This document shows, one piece after another, positions 12,961 through 27,200 of a stretch of 64,000 nt of DNA. This stretch comes from Marsupella aquatica (lineage: Eukaryota > Plantae > Marchantiophyta), in NCBI GenBank assembly GCA_973895155.1, contig OZ316896.1, forward strand, positions 11,918,830-11,982,829, in the 5' to 3' direction. Under the pieces are notes generated by a model. That model was not told where the DNA came from. It saw only the letters and a program-made list of their open reading frames with translations, and searched no databases. A program made the position numbers and the translations under genes. Position 1 is the first letter of the stretch; every line of letters starts with the position of its first letter.

Positions 12961-15900
12961 GTGACAATGTAGTTGAAACCTGAAAGTTAAAATGTTGAGC
13001 CAAAATGTTTTAGTTCTGGAGAATATAAATGCAACATTCTAAATAGAATTTGACCAGGCTATCCATTTTTAGGGCAGTGTAATTTTGAAGGCTTTTCCAC
13101 CATTGCCTATAAAGAGTATTATAGGCAATGGCATACGACAGCCAAACTCTTTATAGGCAATGGCAAATGACAGCCAAAAACTAGGTTTTGGTTGGTTTTT
13201 GGCTGTCGTTTGCCATTTATAAATTCCTAGTTGGGTAGGAAGGATCTTGGCCCCTTGCTCTAAAATGCCGTTGTCACCATATGGTTGACCATGAGCACCT
13301 CCCTCACTTGCAGTGTTTTGTATTGCCAACTCCTCATCCCTGACCTGTTGTCCACCTTGCAGTCTGTCTCTTGCCTTGTCCTCCTTGTCTCACCCTTGGT
13401 GCCTTGTCTTCGCTAATCATGCAATGCACTCTCATTGGGCTCATCTGAAAGGCCAAGCTGTCCTTTAGACAACCTCTAGATCACCTCAAGAGGTGATCCA
13501 AGTTTTTTCACAAAAAAAACATGGTCATATTGAAAAGGGGTACACAAGCAGGTGACTAGGATCAATGATGGTTTCGCTAAATTGTTCCCCCAAGTTCATG
13601 CAAGTGAAGTTTGGTCAGTTCCCTTATTTTCATGTCCCCGATGCAACTTAGACACCTGCTTAGACATAGAAAAAAACATTGGCAAGGCCCCCTAATATAA
13701 CCCCTGGCCATGCCCCATTGGCGCCTTGGCCCCTCAAGGCCTGATTTTGCTGAAGGCCAGTAAGCGCACACCGTGCCTGGACCCGACCATCACCATGAGT
13801 GAGAATGTGCAAGCACAGGCCGTGTCAGCAATGCGGGAGCAAGGGATGCTTGCAAAGAATTGGGCTGCTTCTGAATAGAAAAGCATAGCTTGCGCATGAA
13901 CTTGTCAACCATGGACCATGCCTAAACCCAAGTGGCTATGAGGTGAGTTGGACCAGCACGGGGCATTGTCCTTGCCTAGATTTGAAGATAGTGGGGTCCC
14001 CACACTTGTGTGTGGGCTTGCGACACTCACATACAGTCCTTGGTATTTTTGCCCGATGGTATCCTTGGCATCCCATGGTGTTTGATCAGAAGTTAGTTCT
14101 GCTCTTGTAGTAAGCATTGAACTGAATAAGGGAAAAGAAAAAAGGATAGTTTTAGAGATTGGATAAAGATATACACTGCTTCACAAAGTTTTGGGAGTTA
14201 GCAGTGTGAGATCTTTTTCTCAAACATATCATGTAATTCCCAACAATATTTCAATCTTTATGTACATTTTTGCATGTGAAGACTCTTGTGAAAACTACAA
14301 GTTGAGAAACCTTGCAAAAAGACAATGCACTAACTTCAAAGATGGAAGGGTTGATACAGTTGATTAAAATGTTGGATTGTCAATACAAAAGAATTGGAAC
14401 AAATAAATAATTTGCTTTTGAACGCAATTGCAAGTGAAAATCAAACGATTCATTTGATTATTTTGTATTTATAACCCATGGTTTTACTTTATGGAGTAGG
14501 ACATGGACGATCAACTTCAATTATGAATTGTATCATAGAAGATTCACAATCAAAGTCCACTGTTGATGCCCTACTCAATAGAGTAAAACCATGGGATGCA
14601 ATTTCTATAGTGACAACAAAATTTTATATTTTAGACAATGCTTGGAAATAGGGACAAGCATTCGGGGGTCACACTATATGGATGCCTCCCCCAACACCTG
14701 CGAAGTTTTTAAGTCTCGGACCCCCTAAAATGTAAGAAAAAATTATTTTCCAACCCCTATAAAGTTGGAATATTCCAATTTGGCTAGAAAGATCCTAATG
14801 TTCTTATAAATCTCAAAATTGAATTTAAATGACCCTATTGTTTTTCTGAGAAAATTCTTAAGTCTTTCTTTTGAACCAATAAAATGACCCTGTCCTTCGT
14901 CACATGTGATGTGCCATTTTTGTGGAAGTGAAACCCCCAAGGACAAGCATTTGAGTTTGAGTATGTGGAGTCTTTCTTGTGTATATGCACGGGTATTCAG
15001 GTGAGTATCTATATCTATCTTTCTACACACTATGATATATAATCTTGCCGGACAGAAACTCCCATCTTGCTTAACCCGATTAATCACGAAGACAGAGACA
15101 CATGAACCTCAACCCCTTTTGATTCAGACTTTTGTGCAACATTATGAGCCCACGGATAATACCGGCGATCTGATTAAGGGGGGAATCATCACTGGCCGCC
15201 TAACAAGCAGACCAGTTCTAGGGGCAAGGTGAAGGGTATCCTATGCCACAAGGATAGGTGTAACATCCCTAGTAGACAACAATAGCCTTGGGATCTGGAA
15301 ACTGACACCTCCTGATGGAGCAACCAGTGAGACCCCTTGCCTGATTAGGTGGTGGTGGTTTGGGTTGGTGGTGTTGCCATGGGCTGCTGCGGGTGTTCCC
15401 TGACGGCCTTTGTCCCCGGGGTCGCCATTTAGGGATTTATTATAATACACTATTTGTATAATAATATTTATTTATAATATTTACAAATCACTATTTTATT
15501 GTATTTACAAATATGCCACTATTTTGGTACATAGCTCTCCTAGTTACGTTGGTGAACGTTGTCAATTAGACATCTTTAGTAAGTGGCAAAATACTTAAAA
15601 GCTGCATTAAGAAATGAATATAAATAATGTTTCTTGAATATACTTAAATTAGGCTAAGATTGCATATGACATCCAAAAACATACACATTAATAACCCCTA
15701 GTACATTGGGCTTGGATATCTAAACTCTAGAATATGCAATCCCCTCTTTCTTTGATATGGTTTGTTTACAAAATGTCATGCTAGGGGAACCGTCTCTCAC
15801 GAGTGGATTCATGGACCTACTTGTGAGTATCCCGACCAGCCATTTTAATATCATTTTTAGAGTTTTCCCAAGGTAGTGACTAGCTCTAGAAGCAAAGTAG

Positions 15901-17701
15901 GAACTTAGACAGGCTTGACGTCTGGTTATGGAGTAGTGATACTCAACGGTAGAGAACTTTCTGGTAAATGCACCCCCATAATGGATTTGATAGTGGTGAA
16001 TGACATATATATTTTAAGAAATTTCAGCCTGAATTTAGGGTAAGTCATTAGTCATTAGCCCTACAACTTGGACATTCCTTGAATGTAATTCCCAGACTGA
16101 CTTGCCAACTACCTGCAACGTCCAACTGCCTGACCACCTCACTTATCCTGGACATAGTTCCATGCAACGTCACTCACAATATCTAGAATTTTGGTGCAAC
16201 TCAGATCATTGGACCCCATGGACCACAAGGTTGGTCTCTGAAATCCCTATGGACCACGCTTCCCAATATTTGAGATAAATTGTACTTAATTTGATATTCA
16301 AAAATTCAAATATTTTTTAGTTTGGGGATATACAAGAGGAGTAGGTAAGCTACAGTTCCACCAAAGCAACAGCCATTTTTTGGACCATTTTGGTTGAGTT
16401 TTTCAGCATAAAACGGGGAAGGGTAGATTTCATTAGATTAATTTTCATTATTTAACATGAAATATATGAGCTTGGGTTTTTTTTTACATGCCTGGTCCTT
16501 CTAGTTGCTTTGCAGGAGCAATGCCAAAAATTAGTTTAGGTCTTATAGCCTTCGAGTTATGTGCCCCGAACTCCCATGGACCACACCAAAATGTGATCCA
16601 TCCTGGCTTTATTTTCGGAAAATGAGAGTGTTGCTCGAGCACCATGATGAACTACACTAAAAGTAGTCGATCATGGTCATCAGACTGATGACCATGCGAA
16701 TAATGCACCCATCCATCCTATATCATGTGGCAGCATGGGGTCTCACATCGTCGTCACACATAGATTCCCCATACCGCGCCGCTCTCCCGATTTTGAAATC
16801 CGAATGGTAATTGGCAAGTTAGGCCGATGACACGTGGATAATTCAAATAGTTTCCAGCCCGGGCAGGTTCCCCGCTCGTATTTTAAATGGTTTCCTTCCC
16901 GGTCAGCTTCTCCCGCTCCCAATTTAAAAATCCCTGCCTCCCTCTTAACTTTGCCGCCCGAGGAGTGTGTGGATCGACGTCCCTTCGACGGCCCAGATTC
17001 GTCGATCCCGAGCCAGATCAAACTGGGTACGCTGAACTTGTGCTTTTTCAACTCGCCGGGTTTGGAACAGGAGCATCAGGCCGTCGATCTCGGCCATCGA
17101 CGGCCGTAGAGGACGATTCTCGCTGCTTTTCAATTGGAACTTACTGCACTAACACAGGCCTGTGTAGTACTACTCCACTACAGTGGAGGAGCTACGGACG
17201 AGAGACGCTAACATTTAAGGTTGGCACATCGACGCTTTACCATTCTCGGACGCTCAGTGTCATTCTGCCATTGCTCGTGTCTCCAGTCTCTGCTCTCGTC
17301 TTTCAGGCTCTCCGCACTCCTCGGCTCAAGGGTTCCTTCCACCACTCATTTCGGTACGTGATATTCTCTTCGTGGTTTCGCTTGAGCATCGCCGTAGCAA
17401 GTTATTATTAGTGTCGTTCGGCTACTGATATGGCTTTGTGGATAATACTTGAAGCGTGATGTTTCGTATGTGAGGTTTTGGAGTTTCTCACTCTGTCTTG
17501 CTTTCTTGATTTGGAAGCCTGGAAGGTTCTCAAGTTGGAACCTCTCTGCTGGCGACGACGGGGTTTCGTTTTCGAGTACTGGAGTTACCATTGATTGTAA
17601 TGAGCTTCATTTTGATATGATACGATTTGCCGGACGAGGTGGAGCGATTTATTTAGCTTTTTCGTTCGGTTTGGTGCAGATCTCAATCATATCCAAATTA
17701 A

Positions 17702-18168
<467 letters not shown>

Positions 18169-19132
18169 TCCCTCTCCCGTGCAAGACGACGCGGCTGTTA
18201 TGTTCTCTTTAGTTGCTCTCCACTTGTATCATATTCCATCTAGCTTTCTCAGCCAGACATACGTCATTTTCTAGATGACAACCGGATGTTACAGACTTTT
18301 GACAATACTGTCGCATGGACTACTGTTGTAGTAGAAGTTCAATTCAATAAAAGCAGTGAAGAGCTGTAATATCTTCGACTGTCTTCTGGCGTACAACTGT
18401 TTTTTCCTTGGCACTGTGCGTGGCATTGAATATCAGTATTGCGGTGGTGTGGATGTCGTAACGTGTTCAACTTCAAGCTGACTAGGAGCGAAACCCTATA
18501 TCGCAGTCAAGAAAGCGAAGGCAATAACCAGTCGGAAATTCATCTTAATTCACTGTAATGAATCAGTAGTAGCAGTTGTGAAGGGTAATGTACCGTGATA
18601 TTGATCCAACGGGATTGTAATTGGCGTATCTCAATGTCAACCCGGCGAAGTTAGTTCACAGAAGGATTGTCTGGGGGCTGAATGATGACTGCAACGTTGA
18701 TTTGAATCAAATACTGTCTGAAGTAGTGAATGCTGTTCATCAATCAGCTTCAATTCAATGTTGCACAATCCAAAGCTATCCTCAACCTGGATGGCTGGCC
18801 CATGATTTCGTACACACAAATTCGTAAGAGCCTATTTATATATTTCACAGACATTCTTCCCAGGATGTTCATGCTGCCTTCTGTTTAGGGTTCTTAAACC
18901 GTAAAACCCTAAACCCTAAGCACGCTCAATATTTAATCCCATATAACTTATGCATGGGAAAAATCGAATAAGAGGTTTACAGTAGTCCTGTTCTCAGCAA
19001 CCCGCTGTTGGACCAAGTTTGATATAATGTACCGCTTTTGAAAGGCTTTGAGCAAACCCGTAGACTACTTCCGAATACAAAGTCAGCGGAGCGCTACCTC
19101 CAATGTAAGACGCTGCTCAGAAGGGCGACTTA

Positions 19133-19689
19133 GGGGCACTTTACAAGATGTCGGGGGCCGTTCGCTTCCTTTTCTACCAAAGCTGAACCGGCAGCAGTTT
19201 CACATGCTAAAAACAGTATACCGGGGCTAATAGAGAATTTAGAAGACTTTTATTGCCCCTGACCTTTTGTAAAGGGAACTCTGGCCAGTGTACCTAGAAT
19301 CATTGACTAGAAGACAAACTTGGAACTCACTCCACTTGAATCTTTGGCTAATGCTGGCTAATCTTTGGCTAATGCTGGCTAATCTTTGGCTAATGTTGTT
19401 CCTCTGGGTCCGCATTTATTGAAAACTGCCCATAATAGGAATGGACCAAGCGGCCCGATGAAGGGACCTCCAATGGAGGTGGTCTAAAATTCTGGACAAA
19501 AAAGAGCTCCACGTCGGCAAAAGTTGGGCCCCACTGAAGTCCATGTAGGATCGGCAGAATCAATGAGCAAAACTGTCCCTGACGTTTTCTAAAGTGAACT
19601 CCAACACTATCTCCCCAATGGATGGCCCGGATTGGATTTTGGATGTCAGAAAAGTGAAGAACTGCCCCCACCGTCTTGTAAAGCCACCC
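19133..19689. mobile_element. PIF/Harbinger (Tourist-like) MITE, 557 bp
   Basis: Left TIR GGGGCACTTTACAAGATGTCGGGGGCCGTTC versus reverse-complemented right end GGGTGGCTTTACAAGACGGTGGGGGCAGTTC; TTA flanks both sides (19130-19132, 19690-19692). Confidence 0.7.
19339..19395. repeat. 21-bp tandem repeat (about 2.7 copies) inside the MITE
   Basis: (aatctttggctaatgctggct)n. Confidence 0.85.
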
Positions 19690-20280
19690 TTACAAAGCGT
19701 CGGGGCCAAGTGCTCATAATAGTCCGTTCCTTATTCCGAATTTGAAAATCTTGCAAGCTTGATTCAAATCTCTGGTTTCCTCTATCCCGCCGGTTGGTTT
19801 TGATACGAAGCTCTCATTGAAAGCACTGTTTGCCTTATGATCGTCTCTCTAAGCTGTACGGGTGCCGATGTTGCTGACTCTTGAAACGAAAGATCCAATC
19901 GACAGCTTACTGCGAGCAGGCCCAACTTTTTCGAAACGAAAGAAATCATCGATAATTTACTGCGAGCAGACCCCATTCCAGAACAATGTTGTGCACAAGA
20001 TGAAGGCAAAACGCCAGGCTCGGCATTCGCGATTGGGTATAGAAGGCAGTAGAATAGTGGTGAGCAAGGACGAAAAGGTGGAGGCACTCTGGAAGCAATG
20101 ACACTCTTGTTTCCATCTGTAGCTGCAAAGTCCAAAAACGTGCACTTAACGTGATAGTGGGCACTTACATAGAGTGGACTGTAGTTTGGTGATGAGACAC
20201 CTTTCTCCTAAACCCTAAATCATTCACCCCATGGAAGGTACCTCTGGAAATTCTGTATAGAGTAAAGGTTACTGGTGACC

Positions 20281-20418
20281 AGCCATTTTTAGTGGACCTC
20301 GTATTCTCATAATGTGGTGCCTACAAATATACTGCCTGGTAATCTATTCAGCCATGTTTAGTGGACCTCCTATTCTCATAATGTGGTGCCTACAAATATA
20401 CTGCCTTGTAATCTTTTT
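20281..20418. repeat. 69-bp tandem duplication
   Basis: agccat.tttagtggacctc.tattctcataatgtggtgcctacaaatatactgcct.gtaatct occurs twice. Confidence 0.9.
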
Positions 20419-20602
20419 CCAGGACTGGATTTACAAAACAATCAAAGTCAAGGTAGGGTTCTACAGTAGAGTTTAACCCTCTTACCTAAATGTTCAAAAA
20501 CGCTTCTCTCTTGTTATCATTCTGTCAACTTACATCCACATTCAGGAGGCAAGGTTAGTAATCCCCCCAGACACTGGTTATCCTCCACATGACCCATGGC
20601 CT

Positions 20603-20663
20603 CAAATTAACAACAGACATGGGAAGAGGAAACAAATTAACAGCAGACACGGGAAGAGGAAAC
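20603..20663. repeat. 30-bp tandem duplication
   Basis: caaattaaca(a/g)cagaca(t/c)gggaagaggaaa occurs twice. Confidence 0.85.
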
Positions 20664-20906
20664 GGGTGAGTCACTTGTGTGCAGCAAGAAGAATTATCAT
20701 GCTACCTCTCTATAAGTGCAAAGTAAGTCTGGGAAAGTGCACTTATTACTAAGTGTAAACCACATGTAAATGCATAGCTCCGGCTCCTCCACCGGAGTGT
20801 GCACTTCCGAAGGCACCCTACGAGAGGGCCGTACTTCACCCCCGCAAAGGGCACCCATGGAACCATGGCCTTAACCTAACAACCGAACGAAACACTGCCC
20901 ATAGCA

Positions 20907-20915
20907 AAACCCTAA
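20907..20915 (+). promoter_or_regulatory. Telo-box (AAACCCTAA) upstream of UTP20
   Basis: Exact motif ~360 bp upstream of the ATG; telo-boxes are established elements of plant ribosome-biogenesis gene promoters. Confidence 0.4.
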
Positions 20916-21268
20916 TAATAAGGTTTGATGTCCCTCTGCGTCCCAACTACGGGCGAAATGGGGTTTTAGCTCGAGGGGTTTTAGAGCATAGATCGTCCAT
21001 GCAGTGCTCGATGCCGAGGGCAGGGATACAATAATGCAATCCCATCTGTCCCCTGATCCCTGAAGTTTTACCATATCTGCAATTGGGGCCGCACGGGCAC
21101 ATCGAGAGAGAGAGGGAGAGCGAAACACAGCCGAAATCACTGTCGTAAAGAACCAGAAAGAAAAATTCATGAACATTACGATGTTGTCGGATTTCCAGTA
21201 GAGGCACGTCATAGGAGACAGAGGAGGGGGAGAAGACAGCCGGAATCGGGTGTTGTGGAGTGGTCGCG

Positions 21269-24200
21269 ATGGCGCCCCAGCGCGTCCTGAAGAGCCTGAA
21301 CAAAGGACCCGGGAAGAAACGCTTCGTGGTGAGTGCGACGCTGCCGTGATTTTTCGGAATTCGATGTCTTCTGGTGGACTCCCTCGTCATATATCAATAT
21401 AGTTCTACTGTGGCATTCTGTCGCCGCCAAACAACATAACTGTCCTGACAAGGAGACCAGGGTTTTGGGGACTTGAATCATATATGTGCACAGAAGAAAC
21501 AAAGTTAACCTCGATTTTGAAGGCACTGAAAGTTCCGTAGGAATGTTGTTCATGTCATGGAAGCATTATCGTAAAATTTCTTACTGATTGATCGGTTTGT
21601 GCGGCGACAGTTTGTGCCTTTCATGTGGCTGAATTGGCAGTGACGGATAGAACAAAACTCTGTGTGAAATTAGTCATTTTCATATGGAATTATTGAATGC
21701 CTCTTCCACGTTGCCTTGCAGTTCAAAAGCTTTGCCCAACGAGTCGAGGAGGTTGATGTAGATGTTTTCAGAAGCTTAGCTCCTGTAAAATTCGAGCCAA
21801 CAAGCGGGTCGTCATTCTTCCACGAGAATCTTCTTCGATGGAGGGTAATGCTACATTTTGCGTGCCTCGGGTTTCTTTGGTAGTGGATAGATTTGGATTG
21901 TGGTTGAAGAACAGTGTTTTATATCTGAGTGCTTAAGATGCCCTTGCCTTTACAATTGGTTGGGAACTTTTGTAGTGAATTCTCTTGAACAGTTTTCGAT
22001 AGCGTCAGTTCTGACGATGCTGGGCTTTTGCATTGCAGGAGCTGAATGCTGCTGCAGACTTCAATGATGTGTATATGGAGTTGCTGCCAATAGTACAGAC
22101 ACTACCGCAGCTGTTACTTCATAAGGACTCAATCATGAAATCATTGCTCTCACGTGTGCGGATCGGTGCTCTCCTCTCTCTCGAGCCCATCTTGAGGTTA
22201 GTCTTGGACTTTGCAATGTATGTTTGCCTTACAACCTTCTGCTTGCCAGAGTACGTAATAGCTGGAGAGAGGTTTCCGATGATAGGGGTAAACCTTGACC
22301 TCAAAATTCCGTAAAGTTGGATTCGGTGAAAGAAAATTGTCCTTGTAGCCACCACTTTCTTTTTAATGTCTCTCTATGGAAAAATTCATTATATCTAGTG
22401 TCACACGTCTATAGGCTGAGTAATTTAGCTTTGCTGAACTTCACTTTTGACGACTTTTCAGTCAGTCTTTAACGTTGAGCAGATGTCCAAAATGAACTGC
22501 AATTGTTGAATTCCATTCTAATCCACGTTTTACGCAACCGGAAAATATCGTTGAACTCATAAATCGTTTTCAAGTCCTCTAGGTGATGGTAATATCGGAT
22601 ATGAGGTACTGTACTAAATTTAGAAAAACGATCGTGGACAGTTTGGTGGTGTGAACACTAAACCTTAAACCCTAAACCTAAACCTTTGATAGTTCTTCAT
22701 GGTGAAGTAAAGGCAACTTTACTGTCCCTCCAGCTTAGATTTCACTCTTGGACGAACAGTTTTCTTTGCGTAGTCCGAAGCAGCTGCACTGTCAATTCCA
22801 CTGCTCCAAGCTGATATTCGTCACTGAATTTTGGTGCAGTTTGATTGCACTCCTGTCTCGAGATTTGCGCGAAGAGTTTCTGCCGTGAGTAAAATCATAT
22901 GTTCTCTGAATTCCTTGTCTGTTGTGTCAAGAGCTTAGATGTTTTATTATGGCACTCTGTATAGAAGGGTGTTCTTGCAGATTGTGAGAGTATGTTGATT
23001 AAAATTTCCAGAGCGTGAATTTTCCTCGGAGGATGGAATTTTAATTTCTTTTCTAGTTTCGAAGTGCAGTGGCAATCCCCGTTTTCTTATGAAAGTCAAT
23101 CTAGAGTACTGAAGATTCATGTCCGGAAGCGCTTGTTGTCGGATTTTTAGGATGTCCCTCTTCTGCCTTAGATTTCATGTTAAATTACTGTCAACCAGCA
23201 AAATTCAATCTTGGATGTGAATGACAGGTATATGTCAAACTTTCTTGAGGTGTGCTCGGAACTTCTCAGGACAGGTGGAGATCAAGAGCCTGAATTACTG
23301 GAGCAGGTTTGTATTGATTGATGACGGGTCACTTATTCATCTCTAGCTTTTCAAGTTGCATCTTTTGCTGACCTGCCGGATGTATAGCACTGGTGAATTG
23401 TTACAAGTTTGATGTTAACATCCTTTATTATTAACGCTTTTAATAGTGATATTTTACATGAGGGAAGTGAGTCATAGAGTGAACGGGGACTTCATCCTGG
23501 GGTCGTATCTCATTATGCGATTTTCAGAAACTGTCCAAAGATGAATTCCTGAGGGTATGTTAAATTGTGGTACCGCAGGTCTTTATATCAATCTCATACA
23601 TAATCAAGTATTTGATGAAATTTTTGGCGAAGGACATCCTATTTGTACTCAGGTCTGCAATTCCCGGGACTTAGATGTGATTTTAAATTTTATTGTCGTT
23701 GAGTTGGACCCGCAATTTAGATTACGTATGGCATGTGCTAATCATGATGGTATCTTGATAGTGAAAGCTTGCAGTAGTGTACTTTACAGCGGTTCTCTCT
23801 CTCAGCGTCTTGTTATGCCTCATCTCACGTTACAAAGTGTGTTGTTTGCCTTGAAGAGTGACAAAGAGCTTGAGGTACTATCATCGTACCTTTGTTCAGG
23901 ACTTTATTTCGGAGTCAGTATCTTACTTACTGCGCAAGGCTCCCCCTAAACAACTCATCAAAGGTGGGCTACTTGCTGTACCCTGGTTTCCCATCTTTCC
24001 TGTATTGCGAATCGTCTTGACGTGCAAAACGAATTGGTCATTGAACCTTGTTCTGCTGGACTCAGGGGTACGACGACTCTTTGCCGAGGCCGAAGCAGAT
24101 CCAAGTGAATCCAATATCTCGAGTTGCTGTACGTTACTGTTCCACACACTCAAGGGCCCTTCCTTTGGCCTTCATTCTCAGGCAGAGCCTCTCCTTCACT

Positions 24201-27200
24201 TGTTGCTGGACAGATCCATTCTTACTGGTGTTCAGCAGAAGCAACAGGGTAAGCTAATTAAACTTAAACTTCTATGTGAGAGCAAATGCCATATCAAAGC
24301 AAATAAATAAGGGCCCTTTTTATCTTCTTTTCTGTTATAATACATTTTATTTGTTTCTATTGAGCAGATCTCTAAGAGTGGAGAGACAGGAAAATTGACT
24401 AGGAATATAACCAGAGTCAAAGCGAGTGACTCTGCAACATGCTTTGTGCGTTCCGGTTCTCTTTCGACAGAAGAGGTTGTGTTTTGTGATTGCTCTTAGT
24501 GGAAGAATGGAATCGGACATCTGAATGCCATTTTCTTGATCACGATCTGAATTTGCTACGCGCCAATGCAGGAGATGGCGGGAAAGTTGCAGTGCACGTA
24601 GTATCTAAGACTTTTCTAATGGTTTGTGAGCATATTAAGCGAGATAAGATGGAGTCCCTTTGGGGCTGCCTGATCGAAGATATCTCTGGGACTTTGTCGA
24701 GTAAATCAAGTCCGAGCGTTCCGCCACCTGATCCAGCAGCGACGAGGAAAGATTCTACCAAATGCGTGCTTCAAAATAAAACCCTAGTTGGTGTTGATTC
24801 TTTGGATCCAGGCTTGAATACAGGAGAAGACGCCGCTCACAGCATGCAGGAGAAGCGTCTCAGTAACTCCGGCCCAGGTCCCCCTGAAAATGTCGTTGAA
24901 GAGAATACGTTGCATCTTAATGAACCACAGGCGGATAATGAGCAGATGCATCTTGTGCATTTGCTCTCATTGCTGACTGACGTTCTTGAATTCAGAAAGG
25001 GAAGCCGCGTGAATGGTAAGGTCTTAGAGTAAACTGATATACGGTAGACATTTCTAAGTTTTCTTGTTACGTTTGGGCTCATCCTGGGGCCAAACTGGCT
25101 GTATGATTTGAATGTGGACTGAATGAGGGTAAAAGTTTACATACCTGGAAAATTGCGAAAAGAAAGGTATTGCCCCAAGGCCTCTCTTGGCTGTGTATTT
25201 ACAAGCATCCGCACCTTACCGGTGGCAAACGTCTATCGGTTGTTCTAGGTTCTTCGCTATTGTACTTATCTCAACTCAGGTATGGTACAGACTAATGAGT
25301 CCTATTGTTCGACCTATTGGTGCAGATTACAAGCCTTTGTTTGCTCTAGTACCCAGACTACTGCAGCCAGAAGTTTTAAGCGCCAAGAAGGTGGAGCTGG
25401 ACTATTGTATTGTTGGTCCAATTGCACCGGCTCGATCGTCCAATGATTGGGTCTCAAAATTGTGCTCGGAAGTTCTGCGTTTTCTGCTTGCTCTTTTGAG
25501 AAGTCATGCACAGGTTGCAGGCGCAAGTGCTGGTCCAGATATAATAGCCACGGTTGCACCAACGTGGGCTTTTGCTTTTAACTGCAATCGAGTCAACTGG
25601 TACGAAATAATTACAAACTCAGAATCTTTAATCCTGTGCATGTCCGTAACACTAAGTAATCTTTGTTTTCAAAATAGCCTCCGGATGTGAGGTAAAACAA
25701 TTCATCCGTCGGCATATTTCAAACAATAGGATGAATTCCACCCGTTTTCAGGAATCTGTCTCGCAACTGGAACGAGGTCAGCCATGGAGATTTGATAGTT
25801 GCGAAGCGAATGCATTTCTATTTCCATCTGAAAGGAAGATGTCGCGTGTCTTTAGTGCTAAATTCCTTTGTTGGTGACACTGTGCATGCAGCCTATTACC
25901 GTTTTTAAGGGGCCTGATCGAACAGGATGTTGCTCTCGTTCGAATATTCGTATCTGAAATATTCAGGTCCGTCTACTTTGAAGTATTGAAAGCACGAGTC
26001 GTATCTCATTTGTTTCGCATGTCTTACAATTTGCGATTTTAGGAGTATATTCTAGTGATACTCATCTTTATTGTCCTCATCTTTTTGAGATCTCTCTCAT
26101 TCATCTTTTGATGTATTGCTGCAACTTGCTAGCAGTATTTCGCTTCAGCCCTGACTTGGGAGTAATTGCTTCGAACTTCAGGTCTTTGGATTTGCTAATT
26201 GAAGACTACCCAGTCGATATACTTCCGTTGCTGCTTGATATATGTCAAAAGTTGGAAGCCGGAGGCTTTCCACTAAATATTTCTGACACCAAAAATATCA
26301 AGTTATATGTTTTACGTCTGATCCAACAATCTACGAAGGGGTATGAAAGAGGCAGTTCAGAGAACGGTGACTACATTGAGACTCTAGCACAAGACCCAGC
26401 TGTGGTGTGGGTCGCATTAAAATGCCTTCCATACGTTGTTGGGGCCGGCGACAAAGATTCTTCCCTTGCTTGGAATTATGCGACTTCGATTGAGCATTTC
26501 TTGTCATCAGACCAAGAGTTTAAAGCTCTAGACGATACTGAAAACACCTCTACAGTTTGGGAATGTTTGCTTGCAGCTGCTCTCTCCTCTCATACTCAAA
26601 TTTTGAATAAGGGGGATCACGTATTACTAGTTCAACACGTTGATAAGTACCTCAGTATGGCTCGTATGCACAGAAGATCGTCACATGTCTTGAGATCAGT
26701 GGGTGACCTTTTAGATGCCTCTGCCAAATACAGAGATGTAGAAGATGGAGAGGATACCTCCAAGAGAATCTGCTCACTTCTCGAAGATTTTGGGTCCAAT
26801 CTGTCAGCACCAGATAAGAGCTTGAGGACCATGACATTAAGAATTCTTTCGTACAATGAGGAGATTGTACAGTTTTCAGAACAGGCTGACCAGTCTCCAG
26901 CCAAACGCTACAAGGGCAATGATGGAAAGGTGAAGAAATCAGGGGACACATCTTCCTCGTATGACTTATTCAAGCAATTATTAGCAGTTGAATCATCTGT
27001 TCTTAGCCATGAGAACTTCAGACAGAGTAGCCTGCTAATTTCTGCAGTAAAAGTTACGGCTTGTACCAGAAAGATTCCCGATTGGTATGTGGTACCACTC
27101 TTCAATGCTCTTGCTGGAATTCTTCACAACCGCTTTTCCCTTCTTTGGGATCCAATCATGGAAGCATTAGCAGGTATGGTGCAAGTTTATGGTGATGCAG

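Noticed and set aside
20780-20870. GC-rich structured stretch as a snRNA/snoRNA
   Set aside because: No match to U1-U6, U3 or 7SL hallmarks that I can recognise; an Infernal/Rfam scan would be needed.
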